Assembly: GCA_003554345.1 (NCBI GenBank)
Contig: PWGE01000009.1
Span: forward strand, 1 to 25,715
Origin: Candidatus Sumerlaeota bacterium
Lineage (GTDB): Bacteria; Sumerlaeota; T1SED10-198M
Direction: 5' to 3'
Length of the DNA: 25,715 nucleotides
Shown here: positions 17,363-24,954 of the stretch, piece after piece
Position numbering within the stretch: the stretch's first letter is position 1
Layout: each line of letters starts with the position of its first letter
The notes under the pieces: generated by a model
The model's input: only the letters and a program-made list of their open reading frames with translations
The model's database searches: none
What the model was told of the DNA's origin: nothing
Program-made: the position numbers and the translations under genes

Positions 17363-18823
17363 CTATTTTTTCTGTCCGGGAAATGAAGAGTCAGACAGAT
17401 TTTTTACAGTCAAGATTAAAAAAAAGAATACAAGGATAATATTCAGAAGCGGTGGAATCATTCTATACCATGGTAATGCGGGCGAAAGGGCGAGATGATA
17501 CCACCAGACATCGATATATCCATTACGGATAAGCCAGAGGTGGCCTGCAAGAGCTGATTGGTCCGGCACAAATAAAGACTGGTAAAACTGATGTGGTGAA
17601 AGATTTTTATAAGATATGAGATAGTAAAGATGGTAATCCATAAAGGAGGCGATACTACCGAGAAATTGGATAAAAAAACCGCTGATTGCTGTGATAATAA
17701 AGAGGGATTTTTGTTTCAGATTTTGCAGGGGATAGAGCAGGAACGCCACTCCCAGGAGAGGCACACATAGATATATATGACGGGGGCCCCAGTCCCAGCC
17801 ACCGGCCCAGTTTTGCCAGGCACTGTAAAATACAAAATAGATGATAACGGTAGCTATAAGAAAGTAAAAGAGCGGGCAGGAAAGCTTCTTTTTTAAAACA
17901 GGCAGGGTGAAAAGAGCGGGAATAAGAACCGGGGAGTAAAGGAAAAGGCTTCGTCCTGTGGAAAAAAGGAAACCGTAAATGCTGATGAGAAGAGGAGCGG
18001 AAAAAGCGATGCCTTCTTCTTGTGCCTCATAGCCGGTAATGAAAGGATTTCCATGATGCCGGTAATTTAAGTAAAGTATGAACGAACCAAATAGAATGAT
18101 GATAAAGGTGGTGAGACTGATTTTTCTCCATTCATGCCATCCCGCTTTTTTTAAGAAAAACAATAAAAAAAGAAAGGCCCACAGTAAACTATCCTGCCGT
18201 ACCCATAAGGCGATACCGGTAAGTATACCTGTAGAAACGGCAATTTTCCAGCTTATGGGGGTAAGCATGAAATAGAAAACCATTAAAAAGAGCAAGCCGA
18301 CCGCTGGCTCACTGAAGTAAGTCCGGCTGTACGGGAAAATAAAAGAGGCGCAAAGAAAAATAACCGTCATTGTAATGCTGCGCAAATGATTTCCTGTTAA
18401 TTTTATACCGATAAGGTAAAGCACCACTCCCATAAGTCCGAAAACGATGTGATTGAATAAGGAGACCCAGTGTCTAAGCCAGAAATGGCGTAATTCGGGA
18501 GGGTGAAAACGCTGGGTATCATGTCTGTAGACGTTTAACAGGTTTTCAGAAAGCAGCGGATAGGTTGCCTGGCCGATAAGGTATAGAGGGATAGATAAAA
18601 CTGAAATGCCCGGTCCATACTGGGGATATTCCTGGCCATCCTTGCCGGTCATAGTGCCGAATCCATGAACGGGTTCGATGGCAAAAGATTGTTCTGTTAC
18701 CAGACTTTCAGTGAGACGGAATCTGATTTCATCATCTTGAGGAAAAAAATGGCCACTATGAAAAAGAAGGGAGTAGAAAAAGAGGAAAAAAAAGAGCAAA
18801 ACTGATAACCTGGTTGGAGTCAT
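17363..18823 (-). CDS. GT-C fold membrane glycosyltransferase (lipid-carrier dependent, GT39/GT83-like)
   Basis: Acidic motif QDDEIRF after TM1, YPQYGPG, YSRTYFSEP, LFSTGRSLFLYSP, WAGGWDWGPRH; many TM helices. Confidence 0.75.
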   Translation of the reverse strand: MTPTRLSVLLFFFLFFYSLLFHSGHFFPQDDEIRFRLTESLVTEQSFAIEPVHGFGTMTGKDGQEYPQYGPGISVLSIPLYLIGQATYPLLSENLLNVYRHDTQRFHPPELRHFWLRHWVSLFNHIVFGLMGVVLYLIGIKLTGNHLRSITMTVIFLCASFIFPYSRTYFSEPAVGLLFLMVFYFMLTPISWKIAVSTGILTGIALWVRQDSLLWAFLFLLFFLKKAGWHEWRKISLTTFIIILFGSFILYLNYRHHGNPFITGYEAQEEGIAFSAPLLISIYGFLFSTGRSLFLYSPVLIPALFTLPVLKKKLSCPLFYFLIATVIIYFVFYSAWQNWAGGWDWGPRHIYLCVPLLGVAFLLYPLQNLKQKSLFIITAISGFFIQFLGSIASFMDYHLYYLISYKNLSPHQFYQSLFVPDQSALAGHLWLIRNGYIDVWWYHLALSPALPWYRMIPPLLNIILVFFFLILTVKNLSDSSFPGQKK

Positions 18824-18831
18824 AAGGTGTT

Positions 18832-19965
18832 TTAATTAAAAAAGCCTGTCTGAAAGATAAGAAAATAAAAGCCAAAAATGAGACCGCCTACCACCAGAAC
18901 GTTAAAAAAGGACTGAATTAAGACTGCCAGCGTGAGCTTCTTTCGTAATAATGGGGCAAAACGGGTTTCAACCATATCCCGGATCATTTGTTCTGATACT
19001 TTTTGTACTTCGAAAGGAAGTATATTAGAAATACTTTTTTTTACGGCCATTTCGGATAAAGATGGGAGCTTGGTATCAGCAACTCTGTTAACAGATTGGT
19101 CTGCCACTTCTTCAACCAGATTGACCAGCCTGTTACTTATCTCAGGAACAACATTTTTGGTGGCTTCTTCTACTTCACTTCTGGCCTGGTGCGGTAACAT
19201 GTCTTCCAGATGGTGGCGTATTTTTTCATGGGCTAATTCCGGGATAATCATGGCAGAAGCATTTTTAACTGCTTTTTCAGTACTTTCAGCGAGGATTTCG
19301 TCCAGTTGTTCGACTATCCGCCGGTCTACCATATTTTCTATCATTGATTCTGCTACGTGTTTGACTGTTGAACGAACCAGTTCCTGCTCTTTTTTTTCAG
19401 AAAGGTTGCAAACCATATTATTAACTTCTTCATCTGCCTTTTGAGAGACAATTTTAACAATTTGTTGCAATGATTTTTCAGCAATAATACGTGTTCTTTT
19501 ATCAACGGCTTCTTGAATTGCTTCCTCGGCAATTAATTGGATGTGATTTTCTGCAGCTTCCCGCAAATAAATTTCTGCGCGTTTTTTGATGTGCTTTTCT
19601 TCCAGAATGTTATTTATCTTGGAAATAAGATCCTGCTGATCAAATGGTTTGAGAATGTAACCATCTGCGCCACCCATGTTTTGAGAATAACGTTCATACA
19701 CTTCATCTTCATCCACCAGCAACATAACAGGCAACTCAAATGTTTTTTTGTGGTTTTTGAGCATCTTACAGATTTCTTCACTGTTTTCACCGCTGAGATT
19801 GCTGTCCAGAAGAATGAGGTCGATGTCCTGAATATCAGGATGTGTGATTGTTGCCAGTCCATTTGTTGCTCCGGAGACTCTGAATCCTGCACTTGCTAAC
19901 ATTTCCTGGGTTGTTTCTACAACCGACAGGTTGTCGTCTATGAGTAGAATATGTTCAAAAGCCAT
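18832..19965 (-). CDS. Response-regulator receiver domain fused to a long helical-repeat region and a C-terminal membrane anchor
   Basis: REC motifs ILLIDD, LILLDSN (phospho-Asp) and GYILKPFD in aa 1-120; about 230 aa of amphipathic helical repeats; terminal hydrophobic segment VLVVGGLIFGFYFLIF; SD AGGAG. Confidence 0.85.
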   Translation of the reverse strand: MAFEHILLIDDNLSVVETTQEMLASAGFRVSGATNGLATITHPDIQDIDLILLDSNLSGENSEEICKMLKNHKKTFELPVMLLVDEDEVYERYSQNMGGADGYILKPFDQQDLISKINNILEEKHIKKRAEIYLREAAENHIQLIAEEAIQEAVDKRTRIIAEKSLQQIVKIVSQKADEEVNNMVCNLSEKKEQELVRSTVKHVAESMIENMVDRRIVEQLDEILAESTEKAVKNASAMIIPELAHEKIRHHLEDMLPHQARSEVEEATKNVVPEISNRLVNLVEEVADQSVNRVADTKLPSLSEMAVKKSISNILPFEVQKVSEQMIRDMVETRFAPLLRKKLTLAVLIQSFFNVLVVGGLIFGFYFLIFQTGFFN

Positions 19966-19983
19966 GGTAATTCTCCTGATTTG

Positions 19984-21342
19984 TTACCAAACCTTTTGTG
20001 GTACCCGGTTTAGTTTCTTTTTATTCAGCCTTTCTAATTCATTTACAAGATCCTGATGCAGTTCTTTGTAAATCTTGCGAACCTTCTCTTCTCCTACTTT
20101 TTGAGTTCCAATCTGATAGATTTCTGAAAGGACCTCATGTAAAGCATGGATAATATCTTCCGTGGTATTGTTGAAAGACTCGACATTATCAGGGATAAAA
20201 ATCCTTAACCGCTCATATTTATGCCACTCCAGACCTTCACTTCCAAACTTGACGATATCAATTCGGGGATATTGCCGGATTTTTTCTTTCCAGAGATTGA
20301 TATATAATAAATGATCATCATCAGATTCAATGAACTCCGGAATCTGGGCTAAGTTGCCAAAGAAAAGATTATTGAAAAGAATGCAAACCCCGACAGAAGT
20401 TTGAATATTGTACTTATCGATTGGAAACCCTGTGTTTTTTTCATTAGAATTGTTGGAAAATCCAGCTAACTGCAGTAGTTTCTTGAAAGATAATCCCTTT
20501 TCTTTTACATTTTGTTTTTTCTGTTGAGCGATCTCTTCTGGCTTGAGTGGTTTCTGAGAAGGGTCTGCATAGGCTTCTTTTTCCATTCTTTTACTGTATA
20601 AGTCAAATTCAAAGAGATTTTGGGGACGGATCAGATCCAGCTTGATAAGGTTAAACAGGGCCCGATATAATTCGTATCTACTGGCATTATGGAGTTGTAA
20701 CAGGGAGTGGACTGAAAGCTTGCCCGAAATGAGTGAAAAAACCTTCCATTCGTTTAAAGAAAGATTAATGTTGTAGAAAAAAGTACTATCAACTTCTTTG
20801 TTGGCAAATATTAAATCTTCACTGTAAATTTCGGAAAGAAACTTGACCCATTCCTGACTTCTCCGGTTTCCTTCTATTACCAGAGGTTCTACTTCTATGG
20901 AAAGAGATGGGAAAAGACCGGGGTTTAATGTGTTGAGATTGTCAAATTTAAACTCGCCATTCTTAAAGCGAAATAAATCAAGAATTTCTTCTTCCAGGTA
21001 TAACCGTATAAAACTATTCAGTTCTTTTTCTGTTACAAAGCCATTCTTAATAACGAGTTCAGCCAGTGCTTGTGTATTAATAGAGTTTTCATCCATATTG
21101 TGATCATCAAGAAGATGTTTATAAGAGTTGTAAGATAGTTTTTCCTGGTGGAAAAGAATCTCTTTTAAGGGCAAAGGTTCTTCATTAGTGGTAAGAAAAG
21201 CAATGTTACCGTTATCAAAGTACACCTTAACCTTTCCTTTTTTTTCCAGGTTAAGGTTGCAGATGCCGGTAAGTTTTGAACTGGCTATGAACTGAAATAT
21301 TTCTGTAATATCAAAGGAAGAGATGCTGCCTTCAAGTTCCAT
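19984..21342 (-). CDS. DUF4388 (PATAN-related) domain protein with a winged-helix-like segment and an unknown C-terminal domain
   Basis: LEGSISSFDITEIFQFIASSKLTG...KVYFDNGNI...GEFKF...LVIEGNRRSQEW is the DUF4388 signature, followed by 'LSLNEWKVFSLISGKLSV...LYRALFNLIKLDLI'. Confidence 0.8.
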   Translation of the reverse strand: MELEGSISSFDITEIFQFIASSKLTGICNLNLEKKGKVKVYFDNGNIAFLTTNEEPLPLKEILFHQEKLSYNSYKHLLDDHNMDENSINTQALAELVIKNGFVTEKELNSFIRLYLEEEILDLFRFKNGEFKFDNLNTLNPGLFPSLSIEVEPLVIEGNRRSQEWVKFLSEIYSEDLIFANKEVDSTFFYNINLSLNEWKVFSLISGKLSVHSLLQLHNASRYELYRALFNLIKLDLIRPQNLFEFDLYSKRMEKEAYADPSQKPLKPEEIAQQKKQNVKEKGLSFKKLLQLAGFSNNSNEKNTGFPIDKYNIQTSVGVCILFNNLFFGNLAQIPEFIESDDDHLLYINLWKEKIRQYPRIDIVKFGSEGLEWHKYERLRIFIPDNVESFNNTTEDIIHALHEVLSEIYQIGTQKVGEEKVRKIYKELHQDLVNELERLNKKKLNRVPQKVW

Positions 21343-21348
21343 AATATT

Positions 21349-22656
21349 TCACCACCATTCTAATTCAGTTAATGCTCGTTGCTGGGCTTCATGGAGAGCC
21401 TGTTCAGGAGTAAGGGTAAGATTGAGCGACTTTTCCACAGCAGAACGAATAAAAGGCCGTATATTAGCCCAGTAATGGGCTCTGGGATCGTAATTCCCCA
21501 TTTCAAATTGTGATATCACAGCCTTATAAGCCGGGAAATCCTCAACATATTCCTCAAGTTCAGGTGTTTCCAGTACTGAATACCGGACAGGGGTGTAACC
21601 GGTTTCAATAGCCCATTTGAGATTATTTTCTTTATTGGTAAGGAATTTCAGGAACTCCCAGGCGTATTCCTGGACACGGGCACTGCGGGTATCCAGAATT
21701 CCTACATTTGTGCCCTCAAATAAAGTGGCTCGCTTTTTGTTACCAGGCATGGGGTAGGCCCCCCATTCAAAACGCATGGTACCATCGTCCCGTCGTAATG
21801 CTCTTTCAATAAAAGGTATGCCTGCAGAGCTTCCATAAAACATGCTTATGCGGCCTGTGCCAAAGAGTTGGCTCAGGTATCCCCTCTCCTGGAGTGAAAC
21901 ATTTTGGTTGTGGACAAGATCCACGATAAACTCCAGGGCTTCTATTGCTTCCGGGGAATTGAGCTGGGGCTGGCCTTCTTCGTCAAGGTACTGCCCGCCA
22001 TTCTGGTAAAGATACAGGGAAAAAGTGGCTTCTACAGGTCTTATACCCAGTCCAAATTGGTCGATCCGGTTGTTACCCGTCAAGTCCCTGGTGAGTTTCC
22101 TTCCGGCTTCTAATTTGTCTTCCCATGTGGTAGGAACTTCATCTATGCCCGCTTCCTGGAAATGATCTTTATTGACAAAAAAGACATAACTGCTTTTATT
22201 AAAAGGGAGGGTATAAAGTTTATCATCCCATGAATTATTCGATATAAATATGTCTATGAAGTCATCTAAGTCTTCCTGGAATTCAGGATCTTCATCGACA
22301 AACTTTTGAAGAGGTTGAATGGCGTCAGCTTCTATAAAAAGACTTGTCCATGTTTCATACATCTGGGTGATGACGGGAGGGTTTCCTGCCTGGATAGAAG
22401 CTATGAGTTTCTGATTCAAAGATCCGTAAGCTCCCTGATAAACAGGGATGATCTCTACTTCTTCCTGTTGTTCGTTGAAATCATCAGCGATTTCCCGGAG
22501 GAGTTCACCATGATCACCAGCCATGGAATGCCAGAATTCTATGCGTATTCGGCGGCCCTCATATTCGGAAGTCATATCCCCGCATGAAAAACAGAAAATG
22601 GTAAGGACGGCACATAAAAAAGTTAAACGTATCGAAACTTTCCAGAATTTCGGCAT
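21349..22656 (-). CDS. ABC transporter extracellular solute-binding lipoprotein (family 1, sugar/glycerol-3-phosphate type)
   Basis: Lipobox ..FCFSC; IEFWHSM, YQGAYG, AGNPP, LYTLPFNKS, AWEFLKFLT, WAIETGYTPVR. Confidence 0.92.
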   Translation of the reverse strand: MPKFWKVSIRLTFLCAVLTIFCFSCGDMTSEYEGRRIRIEFWHSMAGDHGELLREIADDFNEQQEEVEIIPVYQGAYGSLNQKLIASIQAGNPPVITQMYETWTSLFIEADAIQPLQKFVDEDPEFQEDLDDFIDIFISNNSWDDKLYTLPFNKSSYVFFVNKDHFQEAGIDEVPTTWEDKLEAGRKLTRDLTGNNRIDQFGLGIRPVEATFSLYLYQNGGQYLDEEGQPQLNSPEAIEALEFIVDLVHNQNVSLQERGYLSQLFGTGRISMFYGSSAGIPFIERALRRDDGTMRFEWGAYPMPGNKKRATLFEGTNVGILDTRSARVQEYAWEFLKFLTNKENNLKWAIETGYTPVRYSVLETPELEEYVEDFPAYKAVISQFEMGNYDPRAHYWANIRPFIRSAVEKSLNLTLTPEQALHEAQQRALTELEWW

Positions 22657-22700
22657 GCCGCTAAACCACCTTTTGTGTGGAATGAATGCGTGGATAAATA

Positions 22701-22886
22701 TTAGATCTTTTCTACCTTGCCGGCTTTAAGGCAACTTGTACATATATAAGCCTTTTTGGAACGACCGGCTTTTTTAATTTTGATGTGGCGTATATTAGCT
22801 CCAAAAATCCTCTTACGCCGGTTGTTGGAGTGGCTTACATTGTTCCCGATTAATCTTTTTTTACTGCAAATTTCACAAACAGCCAT
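22701..22886 (-). CDS. rpmB: 50S ribosomal protein L28 (zinc-ribbon C+ form)
   Basis: MAVCEIC...GNNVSHSNNRRKRIFGANI...ICTSCLKAGKV; SD AAGGAG. Confidence 0.97.
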   Translation of the reverse strand: MAVCEICSKKRLIGNNVSHSNNRRKRIFGANIRHIKIKKAGRSKKAYICTSCLKAGKVEKI

Positions 22887-22926
22887 AGTATTCTGCTCCT
22901 TCTTTTCTCATTATTAATATAATTTT

Positions 22927-22955
22927 ATTGTACAAATTTATTGTGCAAATTGTAC
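22927..22955. repeat. Short tandem repeat upstream of rpmB
   Basis: ATTGTACAAATT-t-ATTGTGCAAATT followed by a partial third copy (..AATTGTAC); the first unit contains the palindrome TTGTACAA. Confidence 0.55.
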
Positions 22956-22991
22956 CTGAAATTCTTTATTTCTCCACTTAATTTCATGATT

Positions 22992-24695
22992 TTAGTATTC
23001 AAAAGCACTTCGTCCAATAAATTCACGCAAGAGGGAGGTGGGAGGTACTTCGGTATCAGAAATATCCAGAAAATACGAAAGAAATTTTAATAAACGACGT
23101 ATTTCGCAATATTCTTCTCTGGTTTTCGGGACATCTTTGAGTATGGGTTCTGCAAAACGCTTTAATATTGCCAATTCATAAATAAGAGAAGAATTAAAAA
23201 TGATGTCGGCATTTTCCTGGAAAGGAAAAATCCAGCGTTCTTCTCCATCTCGAACGCTTGGCCATCTGCCAATGGTATCTAATGCACCATGACCGCGAAA
23301 GTGGTGGTCTCTGACCATTCTACGGAGTAAACGAAGATCAGTGGTTGGTATTCGGTTATGATTGTCAATATTGAGCTGAGTAAGAGCACTTACATATATT
23401 TTGTATTTTTGGTGGCCGGGAATCGAGGAGGTAAGCATGTTGTTCAGTCCATGAATGCCTTCGATGATAAGTATCTGATCTTCTTCTAAACGAATTTTGT
23501 TTCCGTCATAATATCGCTGACCACTTTTAAAATCAAATTTGGGGAGTTCGACACTCTTTTCTGCAAGAAGATCACGGAGGTTTTTATTGAGAAGTTCCAG
23601 GTCCAGAGCTTTTATGTGTTCAAAATCATAATTCCCATTTTTGTCCCGCGGAGATTTGGAACGATCAAGAAAATAGTTATCAAGCGATAAACTTATAGGA
23701 AAACGACCGTTTACCCGGAGATGGATGTTTAAACGCTTGGCAAATGAGGTTTTTCCAGAACTTGATGGTCCGGCAATGAGAACAATTCTGAGTCCTTTTC
23801 GCTTTGTGATTTCATCAGCAATAATGGAAAGCTTCTTTTCATGAAATGCCTCAGATACTTTTATGATTTCGCTGATTTCTCCGGAAACAATACAATTATT
23901 CAATTCACCTATGTTGGTTACACCCAATATCCGGCTCCATTTATGATATTCCCGGTAGATTTCGAATAATTTGGGTTGATCTATGGGACCGTTTTTTTCT
24001 TCAAATACTTTGTAGTCCGGTGCCCGTAAGATAAAGCCTTCCTGATAGGGTATGAGATCGAAATATCCAATGAATCCCGTTGAAATAGCAAGTGGGGCAT
24101 AATAGTAATCATAAAGGTCTCCCAGACGGCAAACACTCACCTGATGTTTTTTGGAATTCAGTAATAAATTGACTTTATCAGGATAATCTTTTCGGAATAA
24201 TTCAATGGCTTCTCCCAGGTTGATTTTTTTGCGTTCAATCGGTAAATCCAAATCAATAATTTCCTGCATTCTTTTTTTTATATTCTTTAAAACATTGGAA
24301 GTCACTTTTTCAGTTCTCAGGTCTAATTCTCCGTAAAGTCCTTTGTTTAGGGAATGATGGATGTAAAGAAAACCTTTGGGATAAAGATCCTTCATTGCTT
24401 TGAAGAGTATAAAAGTCAGGGTTTGTTTATAACATTCCAGTCCCGGTAAAGAAAGGATGGGAACCAGTTTTAAGATGTTGGTATTTTCGTGAAAACGATG
24501 ACTAAAACTGCGAAAGCGATTATTTAAAATGGCGCATATATATTTTTTCCGAACGTTGATCTTTTTTTTGTATAAAAAATCAATTATCATTGAGTTTCTT
24601 TCAACCCGGAACGTATTACCATTATAAAGCACATCTACGGGATCTTTTAAACTTTCTTTTTTCTTGCTGACACCTTTTTTGTTATTATCTTTCAT
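22992..24695 (-). CDS. Long-form uridine kinase family protein with N-terminal TGS and ThrRS/AlaRS second-additional-domain-like region
   Basis: P-loop LIAGPSSSGKTSF, ISLSLDNYF, YDFEHIKALD, IIEGIHGLN, RRMVRDHHFRG. Start re-called at ATG 24695 (SD AGAGG); ATG 24746 is possible. Confidence 0.88.
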   Translation of the reverse strand: MKDNNKKGVSKKKESLKDPVDVLYNGNTFRVERNSMIIDFLYKKKINVRKKYICAILNNRFRSFSHRFHENTNILKLVPILSLPGLECYKQTLTFILFKAMKDLYPKGFLYIHHSLNKGLYGELDLRTEKVTSNVLKNIKKRMQEIIDLDLPIERKKINLGEAIELFRKDYPDKVNLLLNSKKHQVSVCRLGDLYDYYYAPLAISTGFIGYFDLIPYQEGFILRAPDYKVFEEKNGPIDQPKLFEIYREYHKWSRILGVTNIGELNNCIVSGEISEIIKVSEAFHEKKLSIIADEITKRKGLRIVLIAGPSSSGKTSFAKRLNIHLRVNGRFPISLSLDNYFLDRSKSPRDKNGNYDFEHIKALDLELLNKNLRDLLAEKSVELPKFDFKSGQRYYDGNKIRLEEDQILIIEGIHGLNNMLTSSIPGHQKYKIYVSALTQLNIDNHNRIPTTDLRLLRRMVRDHHFRGHGALDTIGRWPSVRDGEERWIFPFQENADIIFNSSLIYELAILKRFAEPILKDVPKTREEYCEIRRLLKFLSYFLDISDTEVPPTSLLREFIGRSAFEY

Positions 24696-24764
24696 ATTGT
24701 TGCCTCTCTTTTTACTGTGTGCTTTACTATGTAAGTCTCTTTCCATGTATTAAACAAACCTCAT

Positions 24765-24792
24765 ATTATAGTTTTTTTCTGGAATATAGCAA
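24765..24792 (-). promoter_or_regulatory. sigma70-type promoter upstream of the uridine kinase gene
   Basis: Minus strand: TTGCTA, 16-nt spacer, TATAAT. Confidence 0.65.
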
Positions 24793-24954
24793 GAAGCAGG
24801 TAATGCACGCTTTCCTTGTTTGTTTTATTGTCGTTACAGAACATGTTGCAACCTCAATAAAAATCCTGGTAATAGAGCTTTTTTCTTTTTTAATAAGGGG
24901 AGTGAGTTTCCTTTACTATGAATAACTCAAAAAACTGCATACTCACCAGGTTTC

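Noticed and set aside
18932-19899. Plus-strand ORFs of 170 and 120 aa antisense to the receiver protein
   Set aside because: Shadow ORFs of a strongly supported minus-strand gene; no motif or RBS.
22689-22697. DnaA-box-like TTATCCACG on the minus strand
   Set aside because: A single 8/9 match in a 44-nt gap with no cluster; not an origin.
24896-24950. Alternative hairpins (GTGAGT/ACTCAC) downstream of the last ORF
   Set aside because: Short stems, long loop and no proper U tract; cannot be supported as a terminator or switch.
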